In this document: one piece after another, positions 40,576 to 48,609 of the stretch | Numbering within the stretch: position 1 is the stretch's first letter | Layout of the letters: every line of letters begins with the position of its first letter | Assembly: GCA_963702845.1 (NCBI GenBank) | Contig: OY969763.1 | Span: 928,001-992,000 of the forward strand | DNA: 64,000 nucleotides | Source of the DNA: an uncultured Verrucomicrobiae bacterium | GTDB taxonomy: Bacteria; Verrucomicrobiota; Verrucomicrobiia; Limisphaerales; Palsa-1400 | Direction: 5' to 3' | Program-made: the position numbers and the translations under genes | The notes under the pieces: model-generated | What the model was told of the DNA's origin: nothing | Databases searched by the model: none | The model's input: only the letters and a program-made list of their open reading frames with translations

Positions 40576-41301
40576 ATGACCAAATTTCTGCGCTGTTTTT
40601 TCGTCGCTTTAGCGTTCGTTTGTGTTCCGAGCCTTTTCGGCCAGGATAAATCCACTGCTGCGGTCGAACCGCCCAGAGTCGATCCCGGTCATATTGGTGG
40701 GCCGCCGTCCGATGCCATTGTTTTGTTCGACGGCAATGATCTTTCCAAATGGGTCAATGACACTAATGGGCCGGCTGATTGGGTCGTGAATGACGGCGTC
40801 GTCACTGTCCGCGGCACGAACCAGATGTTCACGAAGCAAGCGTTCGGCGATTGCCAATTACACGTCGAATGGGCGTCGCCCAACCCGCCTAAAGGCAAAG
40901 GGCAGGCGAGGGGAAATAGCGGCATCTATCTACAGAGCCGATATGAAGTGCAGGTCCTCGATTCGATCGACAACCCGACTTACTTCAATGGCCAAGCTGG
41001 TTCGATCTACAAACAATACGCGCCCCTGGTGAATGCCTGCCGCAAACCCGGTGAATGGCAGACCTACGATATCGTTTTCCATGCGCCACGTTTCGCCGAT
41101 GACGGCAAGTTGATCACTCCGGCGCGAGTTACGCTATTGCACAATGGAGTCCTCGTCCTCGACAACGTGGAGTTAAAAGGATTCACCCATAACGACAACG
41201 TCCCCAGCGTTTACCTACAGCACAATCTGAAGGAACCGTTACGCCTGCAAAATCATCACAGCGCAGTGCGTTTCAGAAATATTTGGATCCGGGAACTCTG
41301 A
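40576..41301 (+). CDS. Secreted DUF1080 (3-keto-disaccharide hydrolase-like) protein
   Basis: PPSDAIVLFDG; FGDCQLHVEW; GNSGIY; YEVQVLDS; LQNH..VRFRNIW. Confidence 0.92.
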   Translation: MTKFLRCFFVALAFVCVPSLFGQDKSTAAVEPPRVDPGHIGGPPSDAIVLFDGNDLSKWVNDTNGPADWVVNDGVVTVRGTNQMFTKQAFGDCQLHVEWASPNPPKGKGQARGNSGIYLQSRYEVQVLDSIDNPTYFNGQAGSIYKQYAPLVNACRKPGEWQTYDIVFHAPRFADDGKLITPARVTLLHNGVLVLDNVELKGFTHNDNVPSVYLQHNLKEPLRLQNHHSAVRFRNIWIREL

Positions 41302-41313
41302 TCTAAAGCGGAG

Positions 41314-42630
41314 TTACTGGGGATGCACGTTAACGGTATGGCCGTTGACGATGTCTTCGACGATGTAAGAAGCAAACTCTGCTCGGAAATGTGGCGGGAT
41401 TCGCGCTTTGAACCGCGCCGTTTCGCCGGCGTAATCGCGTTCCACTACCTGCGCGACTTCATGCAATCGAGCGACCACTGCCGAGCTTTCGTGCGGCACG
41501 CGCAGTTCAACGAACTCGCGAACGGGCCGCAGCTGCGTGCCGAGTTCCTCGACGAGAGTAGCGATGCCTTCACCTGTCATGGCGGAAACGCCCACGCCAT
41601 TGTGAAATAGTTCGGTGTATCTCTCCAGCAATCCGTTCCCGCCGAACTTATCCATTTTATTGAACACCATGATCGTCGGTTTGCCGTCGGCGCCGATTTC
41701 CTTCAACACGTTGTTCACCGCGAGAATCTGCTCATCGGCCTGTGGATGGCTTAGATCAACGACGTGCAACAGCAACTCGGCCTGCACGACTTCTTCGAGC
41801 GTTGCCTTAAAGGCTTCAACCAATCCGTGCGGCAGCTTGCGAATGAAACCTACCGTGTCGGTCAGAAAAACATTTTGATTGGTCGGCAAATGCAGACGTC
41901 GCGTCGTTGGGTCCAGCGTCGCGAATAATTTGTCCTCGGCTAAAACGGCCGCTCCAGTTAACGCATTGAGCAAAGTTGATTTGCCAGCGTTGGTGTAGCC
42001 GACAATCGATGCCAGAGGCCACTGAGCACGCTGCCGTCCACTGCGTTGGGTCGCGCGTTGGCGGCGCACCACCTCGAGTTCCTCGCGAATTTTGTCGATT
42101 CGCTCCTGAACACGACGGCGGTCAGATTCCAACTGCGATTCACCTTCACCACCGCGCATACCGATACCGCCGGATTGACGCGACAAGTGACCCCAGAACC
42201 GGGTCAGTCGCGGGAGCAAATGTTGAAGCTGTGCGAGTTCAACTTGCAGCTTACCTTCCCGGGTGCGTGCGCGTTGCGCGAAAATATCGAGAATCAGCGC
42301 TGTCCGGTCGAGGACCTTGCAGTTGAAAACTTTTTCCAGGTTGCGGCTTTGTGCAGGCGAAAGTTCGTCGTCGAAAATTACCGTATCGACGTCGTTGTTC
42401 CGGCAATACGCCGCGAATTCTTCCGCCTTGCCGCTGCCGATGAATGTGCCTGCAACCGGTGCTTCAAGTTTCTGCACGCCGTCGCCAATGATTTCGGCGC
42501 CTGCGGTAGCAGCCAATTCAGCTAGTTCGTCGAGGGATTCGCGGATAGCCCAAGAGGGCCCTGACTTGAGTTCCAGTCCGATAAGAAACGCCCGTTCTGT
42601 CCTACTATGGGTCGAGATGAGTGCTTTCAA
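41314..42630 (-). CDS. hflX: Ribosome-splitting GTPase HflX
   Basis: DRTALILDIFAQRARTREGKLQVELAQL; GYTNAGKS; DKLFATLD; DTVGF; NKMD. Confidence 0.97.
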   Translation of the reverse strand: MKALISTHSRTERAFLIGLELKSGPSWAIRESLDELAELAATAGAEIIGDGVQKLEAPVAGTFIGSGKAEEFAAYCRNNDVDTVIFDDELSPAQSRNLEKVFNCKVLDRTALILDIFAQRARTREGKLQVELAQLQHLLPRLTRFWGHLSRQSGGIGMRGGEGESQLESDRRRVQERIDKIREELEVVRRQRATQRSGRQRAQWPLASIVGYTNAGKSTLLNALTGAAVLAEDKLFATLDPTTRRLHLPTNQNVFLTDTVGFIRKLPHGLVEAFKATLEEVVQAELLLHVVDLSHPQADEQILAVNNVLKEIGADGKPTIMVFNKMDKFGGNGLLERYTELFHNGVGVSAMTGEGIATLVEELGTQLRPVREFVELRVPHESSAVVARLHEVAQVVERDYAGETARFKARIPPHFRAEFASYIVEDIVNGHTVNVHPQ

Positions 42631-42634
42631 TGTT

Positions 42635-43120
42635 TCAACGCACTATAGCATTTTTCTGCGCGAGCGAAAGGCGGCTGCTGGAACTGTCTGGCGCAAGGTC
42701 GATATGTTCCTGCCTTTTAATTAAATCATCCAAAGTGGTTCGTGTCAGCACGTCCTTGAGCCCGTCCTGCGCTTGTTCGAACAATCCGCACAGCGCGCAA
42801 CCGCCGACGTGTTTGCAATCCGGTTTGTCCTGCTTGCAACGTTGAAAAACTATCTTGCCCTCGATCGACTCAACAATCTCAAGAACCGTAATTTCACTGG
42901 CAGACTTCGCCAAAACGAATCCGCCACCGGCGCCACGAACGGATTTGACCAACCCAGCACGAGCGAGGTTCTGGAAGATCTTTGCGAGAAAACTTTTCGG
43001 CACCTTTTCCGCGCGACTGACTTCGTCAATCATGGCGGTTTTGCGGCTGGCGCCGTTACCCCGGCGCGCTAAATACATCATTCCTAAAACGCCGTATTCG
43101 CCTGCGCGGGTGATTTGCAT
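42635..43120 (-). CDS. Rrf2-family transcriptional regulator with three Cys (Fe-S type)
   Basis: MQITRAGEYG; FLAKIFQNLARAGLVKSVRGAGGGFVLAK; C-x6-C-x5-C. Confidence 0.93.
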   Translation of the reverse strand: MQITRAGEYGVLGMMYLARRGNGASRKTAMIDEVSRAEKVPKSFLAKIFQNLARAGLVKSVRGAGGGFVLAKSASEITVLEIVESIEGKIVFQRCKQDKPDCKHVGGCALCGLFEQAQDGLKDVLTRTTLDDLIKRQEHIDLAPDSSSSRLSLAQKNAIVR

Positions 43121-43122
43121 TA

Positions 43123-43150
43123 TTAAACAGGACTGATTCTGTCCTAAAAT
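43123..43150. promoter_or_regulatory. Putative autoregulatory operator of the Rrf2 gene
   Basis: AGGAC-N7-GTCCT palindrome (43129-43145) with AT-rich flanks, 8 nt upstream of the start codon. Confidence 0.6.
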
Positions 43151-43477
43151 AAGGTCGCGCTGCCGGTAAGTCAATGTTCAGTGGAGTTGGAACGAGCGTG
43201 GATTTGAAGTCCGCTTCGCAAGGGGAAATGCTAGCAAGTTTTCGATTCACTATTGGGTAATCACGCCGCTGCGAACTGAAGGCCGCACTCTTTACGACAC
43301 AAATGCCACCCTCCTGAATCATCGAATCCCCGATTGACCACACTTGATGTGTCAATAGCTTGCCTCGTGACAATTTGCGGCGGGCTTGACCGCGACACAG
43401 ATTCGGGCAAAGGTTTAGTCAATTGAATAGTGGTTGATTTGAGCCACAGTCGGTACAAAAAGATTTTCGCTGAAAAT

Positions 43478-44038
43478 ATGAGCGCGCATAAATGGTTATT
43501 CGTTAAGAACTTCATCAAGCACCCCGTCACTGTTAGTTCGATTATTCCAAGTTCGCGCTTCTTGATGAACCGGGTGTTGAACCGCATGGACTGGGAGCGG
43601 GCCAAAACCATTATCGAATTCGGCCCTGGTGTTGGCAACTTCACCAGGGAAATTTTAAAGCGCATGCGGCCCGATGCCCGGCTCGGCGTGATTGAATTGA
43701 ATTACGACTTTGTCCAGTCATTGCGCAAATCGATTCCCGACCCGCGCTTGCACGTTGCGCATCAGTCCGTTGAAGGTGTCGAAGATGTCATGCGCCAGAT
43801 GGGATGTTCGCAAGTGGATTACGTCATCTCGGGAATCCCGTTCAGTATCTTGCCGGAACCCGTTCGCGAAAAAGTCGTTCAGTCCACGCATTCTGTGCTC
43901 AGTCCCGACGGCAGCTTCATGGTCTACCAATTTTCCCGGGCCGTGTTGCCACATCTCGAGAAGGTGTTCCGCAAGGTGGAACAGGAATTCGAGCCGCTGA
44001 ATGTTTTGCCGGCGCGGTTGTTTTATTGCGCCAAATAA
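43478..44038 (+). CDS. SAM-dependent methyltransferase, phospholipid N-methyltransferase (PmtA-like)
   Basis: SIIPSSRFL; IEFGPGVGNFT; VISGIPF; YQFS; NVLPA. Confidence 0.8.
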   Translation: MSAHKWLFVKNFIKHPVTVSSIIPSSRFLMNRVLNRMDWERAKTIIEFGPGVGNFTREILKRMRPDARLGVIELNYDFVQSLRKSIPDPRLHVAHQSVEGVEDVMRQMGCSQVDYVISGIPFSILPEPVREKVVQSTHSVLSPDGSFMVYQFSRAVLPHLEKVFRKVEQEFEPLNVLPARLFYCAK

Positions 44039-44085
44039 TTGTGTGGCAGCCGACGTGAAAGGCTCTGATTTGGTCTGCTACGAAA

Positions 44086-45267
44086 TCAGATTCCTTTATT
44101 CGCGCGCCACAGTAGCACTGCGCCGACTGCCTGGAAAATGAAGTTCGGCATCCACATGATTAGATACGGTGCGCGTTCCGGATGCGATTGCCACGACTGG
44201 CCTAAAATGATGAAGCTGTAATAAACGAGCAGCAGCACCAGCGCAATCGCGATGCCAGCACTGGTTTCACGTCGATGCGCCCGAATCGCGAGGGGAATCC
44301 CAACCAGCGTAAAGCCAATGCACGCGAACGAAAACGCCACCTCTCGATGAATTTGGACCAGCAGCGGCATGCTCAAGTCAGTGGTTAGCTCTTTGATTTT
44401 TGCGTCCGGCTTCGCGTCTGCAGTGGGCGATTTTGTTTTGTCGGTGCGGCGAGGGGCAGGCGCGGCGGTTCGAACCTGTTCAAGTTCGTTTAGCTTCGCC
44501 CATAGCTGGCTGAACGTCATATCGCTGAGTGGCACGTTCACACCCTGTGCATTTTGCGAACGCAGCGGAAATTCCATTACCGCATTGGTTGAACCGCCTT
44601 GATACGTCCAGCCGTCCTGCTCTTTGTAGAGAACGTATGGAAAATCCAACACCAATTGGATTCGGTTCGTCAGTGCTGTGATCGTGCCAGTCGGTGCCCG
44701 AATCACGCCATGCAGGTCGTGCTGATCGTCGTATTCGTAAAGAAGAACGTTTTCGACGTTGGTGCCGTTCTTGTGAACCTTCGAGACATACAACGTATAC
44801 TTTCCCAACTCGACAAATTGGTTCGCTTGCAGTGCTCGAGTGGGCTGCGCCATCCCTGCTTCATAGAGTAAGTTTTTGTAAGCAACGCGGCTGGCCGGGG
44901 CGACCTCCATGTTCAGCCACGCACACACGCCGCTCAGAACCAGGCTCAGAATTAAAATTGGTGTCGCTAGGCTTACGAGGCTCAAACCACCCGCGCGAGC
45001 TGCCGTCAGTTCCTGGTCGGCGCTGAATCGTCCGAACACGAGGAGCGCGGCGGTTAACATCCCGATCGGTAATGAAAACGCGAGGACGTAAGGAATCAAC
45101 AAGGCTAAAGCGCGGACGACCAGCCCGACCGTGGCCTGATGGTTGATGACCAAAGAAAGAATCTCTTTGAGCAAATTGCCGAGCAGCAGCACGAACGTAA
45201 ACACGAGCACGGTCATGACGAGAGTCGCCAAAACTTGTCGTGTTAAATAGAGGTGCAGCGTTTTCAA
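44086..45267 (-). CDS. LPS export ABC permease LptF/LptG family
   Basis: YLTRQV; P.GML; GRFSADQELTAARAGG; LVGIPLA; WMPN. Confidence 0.92.
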   Translation of the reverse strand: MKTLHLYLTRQVLATLVMTVLVFTFVLLLGNLLKEILSLVINHQATVGLVVRALALLIPYVLAFSLPIGMLTAALLVFGRFSADQELTAARAGGLSLVSLATPILILSLVLSGVCAWLNMEVAPASRVAYKNLLYEAGMAQPTRALQANQFVELGKYTLYVSKVHKNGTNVENVLLYEYDDQHDLHGVIRAPTGTITALTNRIQLVLDFPYVLYKEQDGWTYQGGSTNAVMEFPLRSQNAQGVNVPLSDMTFSQLWAKLNELEQVRTAAPAPRRTDKTKSPTADAKPDAKIKELTTDLSMPLLVQIHREVAFSFACIGFTLVGIPLAIRAHRRETSAGIAIALVLLLVYYSFIILGQSWQSHPERAPYLIMWMPNFIFQAVGAVLLWRANKGI

Positions 45268-45278
45268 GGCTCTGAATT

Positions 45279-45303
45279 ACCACAGAGGCACAGAGACACA
45301 GAG
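45279..45303. repeat. Short intergenic octamer repeat
   Basis: ACCACAGAG GCACAGAG ACACAGAG. Confidence 0.65.
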
Positions 45304-45344
45304 GAAAGCAAGATTTGTCTTTGCGCCGGCGCTTTCAAATCTCT

Positions 45345-47690
45345 TTAAGCCGCGGCTGTCGCTTGCGGCAATGTGCTTCGCGTTTGGGTGGTCGTGTCGG
45401 AATCCGTTTTCCAAGGAACTTCGTAGATTTTCACAGCAGTCCGAAAACCTTTCACTTCGTGTGGCGGCAATTCGATACACGTGGCGGCCAGTGTCGGTTC
45501 GTGCTGCTTTAAATCCAGGTATGTCGATTCACCGATGATGATGCGGCCATGGCCCGAAACGCCTTCGAGGCGCGACGCCAAATTTACCTCACGACCAAAC
45601 ACAGTGTAGTTCGTCTGCTCGACTGAACCCATTTCGCCAACGACGGCCTGGCCAGTGTTGATGCCGCTGCCCATCGAAAGCACTGGCAATAGAGACAGGG
45701 CAGGGAGGTTCATCGCTGTGCGCTGAATATTTTCTTCGGTGCGCCGGACGTTTTCGGCTTTGCGCTGCACGTTGATTGCCGCCAAGCCTCGTTGCGCGTC
45801 AATCGCCGCCATCACGCAATCGACGGCGTGACGCGGGTTGGAAACGGGTGCGCCCCAGAAAGCCATCACGCAATCTCCAATGTATTTATCAAACGTTCCA
45901 TTCCGCTGTTTGATGGTGTCAGCAATGATGCTGAGGTAGGTGCTGACGGTGTTCAGCGTTTCACGCGCCTGCTCAGATAAATACGTTTCCGCTTCTTCAG
46001 GCGAAAGTTTGTGATCGCGCAGGTAAGCATCCGCCTGTTGTTGCATCGTATCCGTCAACTCCGTAAACCCGCGCACATCTGCGAAATAAACCGTGATGCG
46101 CCGTCGCACGCCGTCCACGCGCAGACCTTCAGTTTTCAGAAGCTCATTGACGATTACTGGAGAAACGACCTTCGAGAAAACCGACTTGATGCGTTTGCGT
46201 TCGGTTTGTTCAACCAACACACGATAGGCGAGAGTAAACCCGGTCGTGACGAGGCCGGAGAAGACAACTGGCAAAATGATCGGCAGCCATAGCCGGAATT
46301 GGAGATGCAAGAGGAATGCGGCGGAGACGTAAGCTGTGGCCACGCAAACGAAGAAGATCAACCCGTAAAAGGGCCGAGCGACCCGCCAGGTGATGAAACC
46401 GGCCAGCGCGCCCATTAACACGATTAAGAGCAGCTTTAATGTGGTTGGCGTCGTTCTAACGAAATTGCCGGTGATCACCGAGTTGGCGACATTCCAATGT
46501 TTGCTGACTAGAAATGTGGAGCTGTCGAGTGAAGTCGAACCGCGGTCGCTCAGATCATTACCTGTTGCAGTGGAACCAATGATCACCAGTTTGTTTTGGA
46601 ATTTCTGGTCCCATTCCTTCGGTACGGTCTCGCCCCGTTCGCGTTTAACGCGGCAATCCAGAACGTCATCAAAAGACGCAAGTGTCAATCTTGGATCGTT
46701 TACCGGCAAACTCCATTCGATGTAATAGCTGCCATCTGCTTCGAGTGGTATAACGCGTGTAAAACCGTTCTTACCGTGCAATACGATGCGGCGTGGTTCT
46801 ATTGTCGCCTCATTCAAATCGATCTTCAGTTCCTGCGCGGCCATTACGACGCCCAGGCTCCAGGCACGGTACGTCGAATACGGTGCAAATTGGGCCGGCA
46901 ACCCGGGCGGCAGTGGGTTGACGAAGGTGGTTGTGTCGATCATTCCATCGTGATTGACAGGCACGATGACCGCCTCACGCTGTTTTTCACCGTTTGTTCC
47001 TATGTTGTAAGTCGCACGAAAGAACGTGATTTGGTTCGAGTCGAACTTTGTATCATTGAGAATGATGCCGTCTTTAGCTGCGAATTGTCTGATGAAGGGA
47101 TGCCAGTCGCGGTAATCCTTAAACGGTAGGTCACGGCGGAGTACGCCATCGCTGTCGCGTTCAACCGTGATGTTTGCGACAGCCAATGCATTTGTCGCAA
47201 AAAACGGATGTGGCATCACGTCACTGTCTGCCGAGATTATGGCAACGCCGGAGTTCCTGAGATCAGTTGCAAACAGCCAATCGGATGCGCCCCGATTTGT
47301 TTGCTTTGTGTCGGCATCAACCAGATCGACCATTTGATCGGACCGTTTCTCGGCAAAGATTACGTCAAAACCAACGGCCTTTGCATCGTCGAAGGCCAAT
47401 TCGCGGAGCGCGGCTCCATAGACGTGTCGCGGCCAATACAACCCGTAAGGTTTTCCCAGTAGCCCGGCATTTACCAAAGCGATGGTGTAATCGTTGATAT
47501 CCACGAACGAGAGGTTCGTGGCGACTGCCGAGGACCGGTCCAGTTGGTAGGTCAGTTTTACGCGTGCATCGTAGGTGCGAAACTCTAGTTCCTTAAAAAG
47601 TTTCAACCCAGAGAGTTCAACGGCGCAAGCCAGCACAATGACGCAGACGGCGATGAGGACCGGAGCGGAGGTGGCTCTCTTTAGTTGCAC
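45345..47690 (-). CDS. CHASE2-domain class III adenylate cyclase
   Basis: WPR, GFDVIF, DSDGVLRR (CHASE2); three TMs; FADVRGFT, DKYIGDCVMAFWG, YTVFGREVNLASRLE. Confidence 0.93.
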   Translation of the reverse strand: MQLKRATSAPVLIAVCVIVLACAVELSGLKLFKELEFRTYDARVKLTYQLDRSSAVATNLSFVDINDYTIALVNAGLLGKPYGLYWPRHVYGAALRELAFDDAKAVGFDVIFAEKRSDQMVDLVDADTKQTNRGASDWLFATDLRNSGVAIISADSDVMPHPFFATNALAVANITVERDSDGVLRRDLPFKDYRDWHPFIRQFAAKDGIILNDTKFDSNQITFFRATYNIGTNGEKQREAVIVPVNHDGMIDTTTFVNPLPPGLPAQFAPYSTYRAWSLGVVMAAQELKIDLNEATIEPRRIVLHGKNGFTRVIPLEADGSYYIEWSLPVNDPRLTLASFDDVLDCRVKRERGETVPKEWDQKFQNKLVIIGSTATGNDLSDRGSTSLDSSTFLVSKHWNVANSVITGNFVRTTPTTLKLLLIVLMGALAGFITWRVARPFYGLIFFVCVATAYVSAAFLLHLQFRLWLPIILPVVFSGLVTTGFTLAYRVLVEQTERKRIKSVFSKVVSPVIVNELLKTEGLRVDGVRRRITVYFADVRGFTELTDTMQQQADAYLRDHKLSPEEAETYLSEQARETLNTVSTYLSIIADTIKQRNGTFDKYIGDCVMAFWGAPVSNPRHAVDCVMAAIDAQRGLAAINVQRKAENVRRTEENIQRTAMNLPALSLLPVLSMGSGINTGQAVVGEMGSVEQTNYTVFGREVNLASRLEGVSGHGRIIIGESTYLDLKQHEPTLAATCIELPPHEVKGFRTAVKIYEVPWKTDSDTTTQTRSTLPQATAAA

Positions 47691-47705
47691 TGGTGTTAGA
47701 TAAAC

Positions 47706-47738
47706 AAAAAACCCGGAGCAACACAAGTTGCTCCGGGT
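47706..47738 (-). terminator. Intrinsic terminator after the FecR-domain gene
   Basis: 12-bp stem ACCCGGAGCAAC/GTTGCTCCGGGT, 4-nt loop, followed by a T-run on the minus strand. Confidence 0.85.
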
Positions 47739-47753
47739 CCGAATTAAAGACTT

Positions 47754-48527
47754 TTATTGAGGATTGCTGCTCGGAACTGTGCCGGGCAATACAGGCGATA
47801 TCGGAATCTCGATTGGCGGCGCGCTGGGCGTGCCTGGCACAATCGTCGTTCCGTCACCACCCCTGAGTAAGTCAGCGATGGCTTGTTTGTAGAACTCCAG
47901 CAATTCAGGAACGGTCTTGTTTAGGGCGGCACCGGGCGTCCATGATTCGCCAGTGTTCAACACTTGCGTAATTGGCACATCGCCCTTGACGAGCGCGGCG
48001 GCGATCACTTCACCGGTAACACAGGTAAACGTCACGCGATAGGTTCCATCAGCGAGGGGTTCAACGGAAATGGCAAAGTCGGTTCCGCGAATACCAGCAA
48101 CGCCGTTCGGGGTGCGAATTTCGTAGTGGGAAGCGCGCGAAAGTTTTTCAACGCTGCCAACAATCGTTCCGGATTGCAGGTTCAACATCGTGTCGCTGTC
48201 GCCATCCGCGCCGCCGATGAAATTCAGATTTTCAATCTTCATCGAGGAGTTCGGCATGACGCGAACAGATGAGCTGTTGTGCGCAATCTTGAGGTTCACG
48301 ACCGCGTCAGGACCGGTAGTTTTAATGGTGGTTTGGCCATCAAACTCATCGCCGTTGTGAACCGCCATCCATGGACCGTCCGCAATGCGATACTGCACGT
48401 CACCGCGAACGCCATAAGCTTTCGCTTTGCTCTTCTTCATCGCAGCGGCATCTGCGCTGGCGGTCAGCACTACCAAAGCCAAGGTGCAGGCAATCAGGGC
48501 TTTGGAAAAGGAATACAATTTTGTCAT
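47754..48527 (-). CDS. Secreted FecR-domain protein
   Basis: Signal peptide; YEIRTPNGVAGIRGTDF; CVTGEV; Pro-rich tail. Confidence 0.85.
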   Translation of the reverse strand: MTKLYSFSKALIACTLALVVLTASADAAAMKKSKAKAYGVRGDVQYRIADGPWMAVHNGDEFDGQTTIKTTGPDAVVNLKIAHNSSSVRVMPNSSMKIENLNFIGGADGDSDTMLNLQSGTIVGSVEKLSRASHYEIRTPNGVAGIRGTDFAISVEPLADGTYRVTFTCVTGEVIAAALVKGDVPITQVLNTGESWTPGAALNKTVPELLEFYKQAIADLLRGGDGTTIVPGTPSAPPIEIPISPVLPGTVPSSNPQ

Positions 48528-48609
48528 AAATACCTCGTTGTCGGACTACCCGACATATTTGCCACCAGATTAACGAGACCACCCATAAAGTCAACGGTAT
48601 AAACGACCT

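Noticed and set aside
40041..40600. tRNA-Arg as an integration site for an island or prophage
   Set aside because: No integrase nearby and no duplicated tRNA 3' end noticed; the flanks are ordinary genes.
43175..43477. Riboswitch or FNR site in the Rrf2-methyltransferase intergenic region
   Set aside because: Only an ATTGAC-N12-GTCAAT palindrome; the spacing does not fit FNR and no riboswitch consensus was recognised.
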